This document shows positions 46,438 to 64,000 of a stretch of DNA of 64,000 nt, piece by piece; the stretch's first letter is position 1; every line of letters starts with the position of its first letter. This DNA comes from the human T2T-CHM13v2.0 reference genome, Homo sapiens: the NCBI RefSeq assembly GCF_009914755.1, contig NC_060943.1. One strand, 5' to 3'. The position numbers and the translations under genes are program-made. A model generated the notes under the pieces. The model searched no databases and was not told where the DNA came from. It saw nothing but the letters and a program-made list of their open reading frames with translations.

Positions 46438-47035
46438 TAATTTTTTGTAGAGACAAGGTTTTGCCATGTTGCCCAGGTGGGTCTTAAACTCCTGGCCTCA
46501 AGCAATCCTCCCACTTCAGCCTCCCAAAGTACTGGGATTACCAGCTTGAGCTGCCACGCACCCAGCCTTGAATTTCATATAATTTTCATGTGTCACAAAA
46601 TGTTATTCTTCTTTTGGTTTTTTCAACCGTTGAGAAAAGTGTAATAAAGTATTCTTAGCTAGCAGGCAAAAATAGGTAGTGGAATATTAGCATGGTAAGA
46701 GTGATGTCACCAAAAATAGCAGAGCAGGGAACTCCAGGGCTCCATTCCTCCACAAAAGCAACTATTGAGCTGGCAAAACAGACAAAAATAAACTTTTGCA
46801 GAACTCTGGAATCAGTCAAAAGCTTACAACATCCAGACAAAGATATGGTGAAGAAGGAAGCTGCTGTACTTCATAAGGGAGTGTCGTGGCATTTTAAAGG
46901 GTCTATCTACCATCCCCCACACCACAGATCCACAGCAGCCATGAACATCTTAAAGGCAGCAAGAGAGAACTGACAGATCATGACAAAAGAGGAGGCAGGG
47001 GGCAGAAGCCTTTCCATGAGGCCTTCCCTCCTCTA

Positions 47036-47488
<453 letters not shown>

Positions 47489-47559
47489 CTAGATAGAGAA
47501 ATAGATAGTTTTCTTCCTCTAGATGGAGAATAGTCTTCTCCAACCTTGTCACTCCCTAT

Positions 47560-48945
47560 AGAAAGGATGGATGGGAGGATGGATGAATGGATGGATGAGT
47601 GGATGGATGCATGGATATGAAACAGTGGATGGGTAAATAAGCAAGTGGGTCAATGAATAAGATGATGAGTGAGTGGATGGATAGGAAGGTGGATGGATAG
47701 GTGAGTAGACAGGCAAATGAGTGAATGGGTGGAAAAGTGGATGGATGGATGGATGAATGGATGAATAGATGGGAGATAGAAGATGGATGGAAGGGTGGAT
47801 GAATGGGGGAATAGAAAGGGAGTAGGGAACGGGTGGATGGGAAATGGGTGGATGGATGAGTGGATGGATGGATGTATTGAGGATGGATGGGTGAATGGGG
47901 GATAGATGGATGGGTGAATAGATGGATAGAAGAATGAGAGATAGGTGGGTGGGAGATGGATGGATGGGAGAGTGGGAAATAGGTTAATGGATGGGTGAAT
48001 GCGGGCTAGATGAAGGATGGGGGGTGGATGGATGGGTGAATGGATGGATACAAGGATAGCAGAGGGATGAGTGATGAATGGATGAATGGGTGGATGGGGC
48101 ATGGTTGGATGGAAGGATGGAGGGATGGATGGAAGGATGGATGAATGGAAGGATGGATGAATGGGTAGATAAAGGATAGTTGGATGGAAGGAAGGATAGA
48201 TGAATGGGTAGATGGGGGATGGTTGGGTGGAAGGATGGATGGATGGAAGGATGGGTGGATGGAAGGATAAATGGACAGAAGGAGGGGGGATGGATGAAAG
48301 GATGGAGGATAGATGAAGGATGGGGGATAAATGGGTGAATGGATGGATAGAAGGATAGGAGGGGAATAAGTGGGGGGATGGATGAATGGGTAGATGGAGA
48401 ATGGTTGGATGGGTGGAAGGATGAATGGATGAAAGGATGAGTGGAAGGATAGATGAATGGATGGATGGTCGAGTGGAAGGATGGATGGATGGATGGATGG
48501 ATGGATGAATGGATGGAAGGATGAGTGGAAGGATGGATGAATGGATGGATGGTCGGGTGGAAGGATGGATGGATGGATGGATGGATGGAGGGATGAATGG
48601 ACAGAAAGATGGGGGATAGATGAAGGATGGGGAATGAATGGTTGACTAGATGGATGGATAAAAGGATAAGAGAGGGATGAGTGGAGGATGGATGAATGGG
48701 TAGATGGAGGATGGTTGAATGGAAGTATGGAAGTATGGAAGGAAGAATGGATGGAGGATGGCTGGATGGAAGGATGTATGGATGTACTGGATGGATGGAA
48801 AAAATGGAAGGATGGATGGATGGATGGATAGATGGATGAATGGCTGGATGGATGGGTAGAAGGATGGATGAATGGATGGAAGGATGGGTGGATGGAAGGA
48901 TAAATGGACAGAAGGATGGAGGATGAATGGAAGGATGGGGGACAA
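47560..48945. repeat. Degenerate (GGAT/GGAA)n tract, ~1.4 kb
   Basis: Purine-rich tgga repeats with almost no C on the + strand. Confidence 0.95.
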
Positions 48946-49173
48946 ATGAAAAGATCAATAAACCAACAAGTGGAAGAAATGGCTGAAAGAACAGATAAAA
49001 AAAATTAAACACAAACTAAAAGCATAGTGTGGTCCTGCTGCTCAGCCTCCAGGTGGAAAGATCTGCCCCATCCCAGGACAAAACTACTCAACTCTACACT
49101 TTGGTGAGGTGGGGATGAGAGAAAAGTCAGTCTCTAGGCAGACAGATGGATGGATGATCTGCCAGGAACTCAC

Positions 49174-49242
49174 CTTCCAGAATGACAGTGATGCGGTTAG
49201 GCTGGAAGCCCTCACCACCCGGGCACAGGGTTCTGTACTCAG
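49174..49242 (-). CDS. FBN3: FBN3 TB4 exon, part 2
   Basis: TEYRTLCPGGEGFQPNRITVILE; 69 nt. Confidence 0.95.
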
Positions 49243-50230
49243 CTGTAAAGGGAAACAGGCTCCTGTGAGGTGGGGTATTGGGGCAAAGCTTAGGGGAAAC
49301 AGGGGAGCAACAGCAGGAAGCCTGAAAAGGGCTCAAGAGTGGGCTCCCATCCTTCTACTGTACTAACGACATCCCCATATCTCTTTAGCCTCTTGGGGCC
49401 AAGAGACTTTGGCCAGTCCTGGGGCTGCTTGCGTGTGTGTGTGCATGTGCGTGTGCATGCGTGTGTGTGTGTAAATGTGGGTTCCCATTCAACATGTGAG
49501 CAGAGTTATGTGGTAGTGGCTGGGGGTAGGAGGGAGAGAAGATTATTTCTTCTGATCCAAAACCATATCCTAGGGTAACTGCAAGTTTTCCCCATGCAAG
49601 GAAGACCTTGGACATTCACACACGCATACACCTGAATAGGTGGACAGGTACCTCCCTGTTTCACACCTGAGGCCTTTGCACATACTGTTCTCACTGCATT
49701 GCACATCATTCCCCCTACTCTGCTAGGAAAACTCCTACACATCCTTCAAAACCTCACTCAAGCCTCCTCCCCTGGAAAGCCTTCCCCAGAGCTTTCACTT
49801 CCCCACAGCTTTCTCCTGAGCTATGGGTATGCCTCAAAGAAAACCCTTAGGACAGTTCTACTCTCACAGTCCTGAAACTGTTGATTTAAGGGTGAGGGAG
49901 AAGCAGCGTGCAGAGGCTGTGGCTCATCCTTCTCTGAGTCCCCAGTCCCCAGCACATGACACAGAGGAACTCTCAATATTTGTTGACTGACTGAGTGATC
50001 AAGTGACTATAAACACAGAGAATTTACAGAAAGCGACCTTGGAGAGAGGCCCAGCCAATGAACTACCAAGACGTACACTGTGTGACCCAGGATGAGCCCC
50101 TCTCCTCCCCCAGTTCTTGGTTTTCCTGTCGCCTAAGCCCCCCACCACCGCCATTAGCAGAGGTGACCCCCTAAGCTCCCGGGCCTCGGTGGCTTAGGTC
50201 ACGGTGTTCAACTGCCCCGCAGGGACTCAC

Positions 50231-50392
50231 TGGTGTTGGCCATAGGGCACAGCTCACAGGGATTGCCCCAAGCCCGGCCCAGGGAGCAACAGCAGGAAGC
50301 TCGGGTGACACCAACTCCGATCTCGGCACTGCAGGAAATGCCACTGTCCCCTCGGTCATGCGTCTCCAGGAAACAGTTCCCGGCCCGAGTGT
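50231..50392 (-). CDS. FBN3: FBN3 TB4 exon, part 1 (RGD at 50346-50354)
   Basis: [54 protein letters not shown]; 162 nt. Confidence 0.95.
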
Positions 50393-50634
50393 CTGAACAG
50401 GCAGAAGGGGATGGTTAGTAGGTGTCAGAGGGAAAGCTGTATGTGTGCGTGTGCATGCATGTGTCTATTTCAACAGGTGACAAGGACAACCACTCTTGCA
50501 GGAGACCAGCAGATGTCCCGTTTGTCAGGAGCAGGTAGATTTGAACACGTTGACATCTGAGTTAACCCAGTGGGGCAATCCCACCCACCTCTGCTGACCC
50601 CAGAACCCTGATCTGGAGTTGAGCATGGACTCAC

Positions 50635-50757
50635 CCACGCAGCCCACTCCGCTGGGGTTCAGCTCAAAATCCTGGGGGCAGCTGCAGAGGTAGCTGCCGG
50701 GGGTGTTAATGCACACGCCGTTGATGCAGTTTACTGGGTCTGCACACTCGTTGATGT
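50635..50757 (-). CDS. FBN3: FBN3 cbEGF exon
   Basis: [41 protein letters not shown]; 123 nt. Confidence 0.95.
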
Positions 50758-51071
50758 CTGTAGGGAGGAGGCGCGGTCCTCAGCAGGGAGCCCCTTCCTC
50801 GGCCCCCCTCCCTCCTAGCTTCATCCTGGGAAGCTACAGCCCTCGCTCAAGGTCAACTCCTGGGCACCAGATTGTGGGACAATGTCATGTCCTTCCCTGG
50901 GAAGAAACCTAAGGGGACAGGAGCCTCCAGTCTGTCCTGTCCCCTCCAACCCCATTCCCTCTCCTGCTCTGTTCTGCCTGGCAGAGTTTTGTTCATTGAA
51001 CTCTACCTGCCCTGGGTTCCATGCAGTCAACATATGAAAATCATATCTATTTTATTTCCGTAATTTATTGA

Positions 51072-51399
<328 letters not shown>

Positions 51400-51848
51400 T
51401 AGCAAATTCCAACCTGTAGGTCAAATCCGGTCCACCACCTGTTTGTGTCAATAAAGTTTTATTGGTACAGGGGCCACATTCATTCATTTACATATTGCTT
51501 GTGGCTGCTTTTGAGCTACAATGGCAGAGTTGAATCATTGTGACAGAGACTGACTGTGTGGCCTGCAAAGCCAAAAATATTTACCACCTGCCCATTTCTA
51601 AAACACACAGAGGTAGGAGACCCTTTCAGCAGCTAGCGTGGAGGGGCCACTTCAATCACAGAACTTATTTAGCAGGCGAACAGGAACGGGAAATGATGGG
51701 GACATCAGGCAAGGCGCCCCCCACCCCCCAGCAAGACTGCAGGGGAGGATGCTTGAAAAGAGATCTGAGGGCAGTGAGGGAGTGAGCCATGTCCCCTGCC
51801 CCAACTCCTGCTCTCTCCTCTCCCCTTCCAGCCCAGATGACCTCACAC

Positions 51849-51971
51849 CTGTGCAGTTGCCACCCCCTCGGTCCAGTTCGTAGCCACCATTGCAGATGCA
51901 GCGGAACATTCCAGGCAGGTTCTCACAGCTCCCAAATGCACAGAGGTTCCCTTGCGCACACTCGTCCACAT
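51849..51971 (-). CDS. FBN3: FBN3 cbEGF exon
   Basis: [41 protein letters not shown]; 123 nt. Confidence 0.95.
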
Positions 51972-52061
51972 CTGCGGGGACCCTGGGTCAGCCTGCCCCA
52001 CCCAGAGTCTGCAGGGGGGACCTACCCACTCTGTCCTCTGCCCTGGCGGGCCCAACCTTAC

Positions 52062-52187
52062 CCTGGCAGGCCCGGTGGTCCTCGGTGGGGTCAAAGCCCA
52101 TCTCACATTCACAGCGGTACCCGCCGGGCGCATTGAGGCACTGCCCGTTGTCACAGAGGTCCACGTTCTCGGCACATTCATCCCTGT
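52062..52187 (-). CDS. FBN3: FBN3 cbEGF exon
   Basis: DRDECAENVDLCDNGQCLNAPGGYRCECEMGFDPTEDHRACQ; 126 nt. Confidence 0.95.
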
Positions 52188-52651
52188 CTGAGGGGCCCCA
52201 AGATTCGGAGGGCTGGAGGCCGGTGGACCAGGACCCACACAGGGTGGGCAGGAGGCCCCAGTCACTGGAACACTTCGCTGTCAGCCAGAGTCCCAGGCAA
52301 GTAGCCCTGGGGACTCAGTCCCTGACTTGGGGGTGGGAGGCGAGTGACCGAGGCAGGGACAGGGAGGGGAGAGGTGGTCTGGACTCTTGGACTCCAGAGA
52401 GGGGACCCAGTCTCTCTGGATCCAGGGAGGAGGGCAGCCAGGAAGGAAGCGTCTCATGCACTTAAGTGTTCAAGGGAGCCGTGGGCAGGCCGCAGCACCG
52501 CCTGGGCCGAGGACACAGCCTCTCCAGCACCCACAGAGCGGCGATTGAGTCAGAAGGAGTCAGGAGGTCGAGTGACCATGGCGGCCACCGTGAATTCAGC
52601 CCCCGTGGCTGTCCCTCTAGGGCCCCTGCCCTCCCACCCCTCTAATCTCAC

Positions 52652-52774
52652 CTTCGCAGAAGAAGCCATCCCCGGCAAAGCCCTGGCGACAGGTGCAGCG
52701 GTAGGAGCCAGGGACATTGAGACAGTCACCTCTTGGGCTGCACCGGTGCTCCTGGGAGATGCATTCATCCAGGT
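52652..52774 (-). CDS. FBN3: FBN3 cbEGF exon with second RGD (52725-52733)
   Basis: [41 protein letters not shown]; 123 nt. Confidence 0.95.
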
Positions 52775-52980
52775 CTGCAGGAGATGGAGCCCAGACCCCC
52801 CACCCCATGGTGTGTGCATTGGGTGGGCGCAGAAGGGAGAAAGACCCATCAACCCTCCAACCCTGACTGCCCCCCTGCAGACACTCCCGGATCCCACCCT
52901 CCCACTGCCTTGCCCCCCACCGCCTTGCCCCCCACCTACCTCTACTGCTTTGCCCCCACTCCCTGCCCCCAGGTACTCAC

Positions 52981-53103
52981 CGTGACATTCGAAGCCATCC
53001 CCCACCCAGCCTGGCAGGCACCTACAGCTGAAACTCCCTGGGATGTTGAGACAGGAGGCGTGACTGTCACAGTTGTGTCCTCCAACCTCGCATTCATCCA
53101 CAT
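52981..53103 (-). CDS. FBN3: FBN3 cbEGF exon
   Basis: [41 protein letters not shown]; 123 nt. Confidence 0.95.
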
Positions 53104-53487
53104 CTAAAGGGAGAGGAGGCACGACGCCAAGACCCAGTCACAGAAGGAAAGACTCGATGCAATAGCAGCGGAAAGGGCAGGGACTCTTCCTCTCTAGGGG
53201 AGAGCTGGCCCAGAAAGCCTCCTCCCATTCACCTGGGGAGCTTCCATCTTTACCCAGAGCCCAAGAGGAAAACCCCGAAACCCAACAGACATGACTCTCA
53301 GCAGCCCTCAGAAATGGCCTGAAATAGCAGCATGAAAGACTTGGGGTAGATATTAAGAGTGACTGTCCAGCCGGGTGCGGTGGCTCACGCCTGTAATCCC
53401 AGCACTTTGGGAGGCCGAGGCAGGTGGATCACGAGGTCAGGAGATCGAGACCATCCTGGCTAATGTGGTGAAACCCTGTCTCTACTA

Positions 53488-53754
<267 letters not shown>

Positions 53755-53961
53755 TCAATTATGCCTCACCCTTATGATCTCTGCCATGTTAAACCTTGGT
53801 GAGCTGCTGTTACTAAACATTTCTTTCCCACACTTCTGTTTTCCCTGACATAAATTGTGTTTTAAAAGACAATTTTGGATCAACATCAACAACCTCTAAG
53901 AAGTCATAGGCTTGATGCTCTGTTATGTAACACTTGTTTCTAATACACATTAAAATAACCA

Positions 53962-56225
<2,264 letters not shown>

Positions 56226-56517
56226 GTCACTATTCAAATGTTTAAGTGTTCATCCCTGTATTGCATCAAATTATGAGGCATTCACGTTTCAGAAATGCTG
56301 CTGCAGACACTTGGGGCTTCCCTTCCTGAGCTGTTCAGGGGACCCCCCGGGGCACTGTATAGGACTCTGTTCTTGCTTTAACACAAGAAGCCATCCGTGG
56401 AAATCTATGAGAATGAATTCTGGCTGTGCTCTGCCCTGGGGGATGGAAACAGACCCCATGATTCCCAAAATGGCCCCGGGGAGTCCCCTCTGCCTGCACC
56501 GCTGACCGCCGGCTCAC

Positions 56518-56643
56518 CAGAGCAGCCTGTGGCCCCCTTCCTGACCATGTAGCCCAGCTGACAGTGGCAGACAAAGGAACCCTTCGTGTTCTCGCAGTCC
56601 CCATGGAGGCAGATGTGAGGGTTCAGGTCACACTCATCCACAT
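56518..56643 (-). CDS. FBN3: FBN3 cbEGF exon
   Basis: DVDECDLNPHICLHGDCENTKGSFVCHCQLGYMVRKGATGCS; 126 nt. Confidence 0.95.
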
Positions 56644-56849
56644 CTGTTGGGGAAGAGAGCATGAGGTCTGAGGACTGGGTGCAGGGGTGACAGGAGAGGA
56701 AGTAGGTGAGGGTGGGAGGGAGATCACCAGCATTCCTGACTGTCCCGCCGCACAGGTCCTCTCTGCTAGGACTCTCTTTCTTTTCTCCAGGGGCGGGGAG
56801 CTCCCTCTATGTCCACTACTGGGCAATTGGGAATGTTCTGTGAGCGTTT

Positions 56850-57060
56850 CACAGTGTACATTCCAAGGAACACACCAGGAATGTGTTTCCAAAAGTATTT
56901 TATGGTCAAATATATTTAGAGAAGGCTGAGATCCACAAAGCTAACCAGGGTTTCCTCCTGAAGGACTTTTCAGAGCCTTTATGCCAATATGCACAGTGGG
57001 TCTGCAACAGGGGCATGGAGCAGACTGCATTCCCTAAATGCATTTGTTCACAAGGCCCAT
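56850..57060. mobile_element. MER103-like hAT fragment
   Basis: atggtcaaatatattt...aggacttttcagagccttta...ttccctaaatgcatttg resembles MER103 from memory. Confidence 0.55.
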
Positions 57061-57676
57061 CGCTGAAGCACTTGCTCTCTGAGACTCCTATAAACTGCAA
57101 CTCTCTAAGCTCTTTAAGCTTCACTCGGTTTCTTGGCCGGGAGTTACATTGTTACCTCCCGGAACTTCCACACTCTGGCCTCAGCTTTGTCCTGATAGGG
57201 TATGCAGTACACATCTGCTCCCCAGGCCCTAGGACAACCTGTAGCTAGGTGAGGACAGCAGTCGCCACCTTAGAGAACAGAGTTCTGAGTCTCTTTCCTG
57301 CCTTGTCCACTGTCCTCTGCCAGAAACCCCTTTGTCTTCAGTGATCTTAAAGCACAGCCCTTGAACAGGACACAATCCTCTGATAGATGTTGGGTATGTC
57401 ATATTAAACAAATGCCATTTAAAAGAGCAAGGTTTGGGGAATTCTGCTTCTGTTATATAAATGGGATCTCATGGGCTTTGGAGAGCAGACTTGGGGTGCT
57501 GGGGACCCTTATGTGGAGAAGCAAGTGCTGTTACAAAGCCTCATCTTCCTACCTGCGAATGGCAGGGGTGGGGCCTGGCATTTTTCATGCCTATGTGCCA
57601 CCTTGTGGAAGACCTGGTGTGTGAATTCTGACACTGCCTCCTCCACCCGCCCCGCCCCACCGTCCCGGCTCCTCAC

Positions 57677-57802
57677 CAACACATGTCCTCATGTCTGGCG
57701 TGGCCATGAAGCCATCATAGCACAGGCAGCGGTGACCCCCTGGCATGTTGGTGCAGTGGCCTTGGTCACAAACGCGGGGGTTCTCTTCACACTCGTCCAC
57801 GT
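57677..57802 (-). CDS. FBN3: FBN3 cbEGF exon
   Basis: [42 protein letters not shown]; 126 nt. Confidence 0.95.
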
Positions 57803-58171
57803 CTGGGGGAGCAGGGTTGGGGACTGTGCTTAGCTTTGCCCTGATAGACCACCCAGTACACATCTGCTCCCCAGGCCCCAGGACGACCTGTAGCCAGGTG
57901 AGGATAGCGATGGTCACTCGAGTAGTCTGGGGGCGCTCAAGCAGTTCTGAGGTTCTTTTCCACCTTATTCACCCTCCTCTGCAAAAACCCCAGGGGCTCT
58001 CCCACAGGGTGAGCAGCCTGCCTGGGGCCAGGACCACAGGCCAGGCAGGGGGTGCCTCGGGTCTGGCTGGCTTCACTATGCTGTGCTGGGCTCTGGGCCA
58101 GTGCAGGACCCAGCCAACACCTCCTCCTCACCCTCCACACCAGGCAGTGGGAAGAAGTTGTGCCCACCTAC

Positions 58172-58294
58172 CTGCACATGCCCTTCCGTCGGGCATCAGC
58201 GAGTAGCCCTGCCCACAGCTGCACCGGTAGCTGCCCTCAGTGTTAATACAGTGCACGTCACACCCACCATTCTGGACCCGGCATTCGTTGATGT
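58172..58294 (-). CDS. FBN3: FBN3 cbEGF exon
   Basis: [41 protein letters not shown]; 123 nt. Confidence 0.95.
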
Positions 58295-58466
58295 CTGCAG
58301 GATGCAGGGCAGACAGGGGCTGGGGCTGGGGGGAGGGGTCCAGGATGGGGAGGGGGCTGGTTTGGGGGTGGGAGCAGAGTGGAGTTGAGGTGAGGACAGG
58401 AGGAGCTACCACTATGTCTGGGACTGTGGTTGGTGCCCAGGGGCCAGCAGGTGGGCACAGTCTCAC

Positions 58467-58592
58467 CCACGCAGCCCTGGCGGTCAGGTGTGCTCTGGAA
58501 GCCGGCATGGCAGGAGCACTGGAAGGCACCGATGACATTGACACACTGGCCATGGGGACACAGGCCATCACTCAGGGAGCACTCATCGATGT
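58467..58592 (-). CDS. FBN3: FBN3 cbEGF exon
   Basis: [42 protein letters not shown]; 126 nt. Confidence 0.95.
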
Positions 58593-58654
58593 CTGTGGGG
58601 GAGTGCAGGTGAAAGACGGGCCTGTGCCCCATCTGCCGTCTGTGTGACCATGAG

Positions 58655-59893
<1,239 letters not shown>

Positions 59894-59897
59894 TTAC

Positions 59898-60023
59898 CCT
59901 CACAGGCAGTGCCCTTGGCCGTCAGCTCATGCCCAGGGGGACACTGGCACTTGTAGCTCCCATCCGTGTTGGTGCAAGTGCCTCCCCGGCAGAGCAGCGG
60001 GTCCCTTGCACACTCGTCCACGT
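59898..60023 (-). CDS. FBN3: FBN3 cbEGF exon
   Basis: [42 protein letters not shown]; 126 nt. Confidence 0.95.
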
Positions 60024-60499
60024 CTGAAGGTTTGTGTGGAAAGAGAGAGCAGGCATGAAGGTGCTGATGCAGGGAGGGGGTGATGAGGCTCATGCTGGCT
60101 TCTCTCCGCCACCTCCCCAGCCCCCTTCACCCCAGCGGGAGCCAGGAGAGCCTGGAGGCTCCGGGTTGGGATGACCCAGGGGAGTGGGGTCTGCACCAGG
60201 AGCAGAGACCAGCCAGATGGGGAGGGAGGCTGAGATTCTCAGAAGAACAAAGGCCACGAAGCTGACACTCTTGGGGCCACTAGAAACGGCACTAAGAGGC
60301 CTTCCTCCACTCCCTGCAGGACACGCCAGAAAGCTGAGGCTCAGTCCCGCCAGGACTCAGGGCAGGGAGCAGGCAGCCTCGCCATGGCCTCATCACTCTT
60401 CAGCCACAGAGGCATCATCCTTCCATCCCTCAGGCCCACCCCAGGGCCTTTGCACATGCTGTTCTCCAGTGTCTTCACCCTTTTCACCCCCACTCCATT

Positions 60500-61770
<1,271 letters not shown>

Positions 61771-62244
61771 GTTTTGCATTTCCTCAGCGATTCATGTTAT
61801 TCATGTCTGTCTTCCTGTTAGGCTGTGAGCTCCAAGGAAAGAGGGCTCCCTGGAGCTAGAGCTCCCTGCAGTGCCTCTAGCTCAGAGGATGCATGTGAAA
61901 TGCTCATCAAATGAATAACGAAGTCAATGATGGGGACGAGAGGCCTCATAACCGGCAGTATTTCCCAGGCTTCTCTGAGGGTCCCTGTCCTCTACCCAAG
62001 CTACACACCCTCCCTGGGAGACCACACCCCAGTGTGCCGGCCACCCCCAGGTCTCAGGCCCCAGGTCTCTCTCCTAAGGACGAGGCCTCATGGAGCCCAG
62101 ACTCACTGTACCTCAGCTAATTTACAGCTCCTCCCTCCTCCTGCCCCCTCCATCCACGTCCACACAGCAACAGCCGTCCCCACCCTCCCTCTCCTCAATG
62201 CCCTCCCTGCCCAGGGCGCCCACCACACCCCTGCCCGGCAGTCA

Positions 62245-62424
<180 letters not shown>

Positions 62425-62699
62425 TCATGGGGCACGAGGCAGGGGGGTCCCTGTCCTTTGATGGAGGTGTGGGCTAGAGGAAGCCCATCTGCAGACATAA
62501 GGAGGCACAGGCCAAGAGGGGAGGCATGATGCAGGCATGATGGGGTGCCGTATGGGGTCATCGAATCTGTAGATATGACAGGCAGAACAGAAGCCCCCAA
62601 AAGGAGCCGAGGAAATGGAGGGACCCCGAACTAAACATGACAAGGGCAGGCAGTTTTCTCACAGACGGGAGTTCTCCATTTTCTTTATTTTGATGGTAG

Positions 62700-63960
<1,261 letters not shown>

Positions 63961-64000
63961 CCTTCTTTTATAGTCAGGGTCCCTGCAGCCCAAGGAGGGC

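Noticed and set aside
47650-49012. 342-aa IHPS-repeat ORF
   Set aside because: Translation of (ATCC)n; non-ATG start and no coding signature
56906-57124. Cys-containing ORF as a decayed cbEGF pseudoexon next to the direct repeat
   Set aside because: No cbEGF spacing or splice sites; sequence resembles a MER103-type transposon

Overview
Human (primate) genomic DNA, GC- and Alu-rich, consistent with chr19p13.2. The minus strand carries the 3' ~63% of FBN3 (fibrillin-3). I traced 40 coding exons by hand from 62378 down to the TAG at 6932-6934. All have GT-AG boundaries and join into one open frame (5348 nt, ~1782 aa). The order is 11 cbEGF, TB4 (RGD), 2 cbEGF, TB5, 7 cbEGF, TB6, 5 cbEGF, TB7, 7 cbEGF, then the C-terminus with a furin RPRR site; the poly(A) signal is at 6430-6435. 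The plus strand has the terminal exon of CCL25 (3228-~3660), tail-to-tail with FBN3. Introns are filled with Alu, L1, L2, MIR, MaLR/ERVL LTRs, hAT MER elements and simple repeats, and nearly all ORFs in the track are artefacts of these. I found no new gene system. The most unusual region is 25.4-28.3 kb around the TB7 exon. It holds a ~530-bp diverged direct duplication, a G-rich 16-mer VNTR with an inverted copy across the adjacent exon, the (CA)18 that matches the PCOS-linked marker D19S884, and a hairpin that buries a branch point. The asprosin-like C-terminal peptide is also notable, with an in-frame intronic hydrophobic leader. Repeat family names and literature links are from recognition/memory and have not been database-verified.
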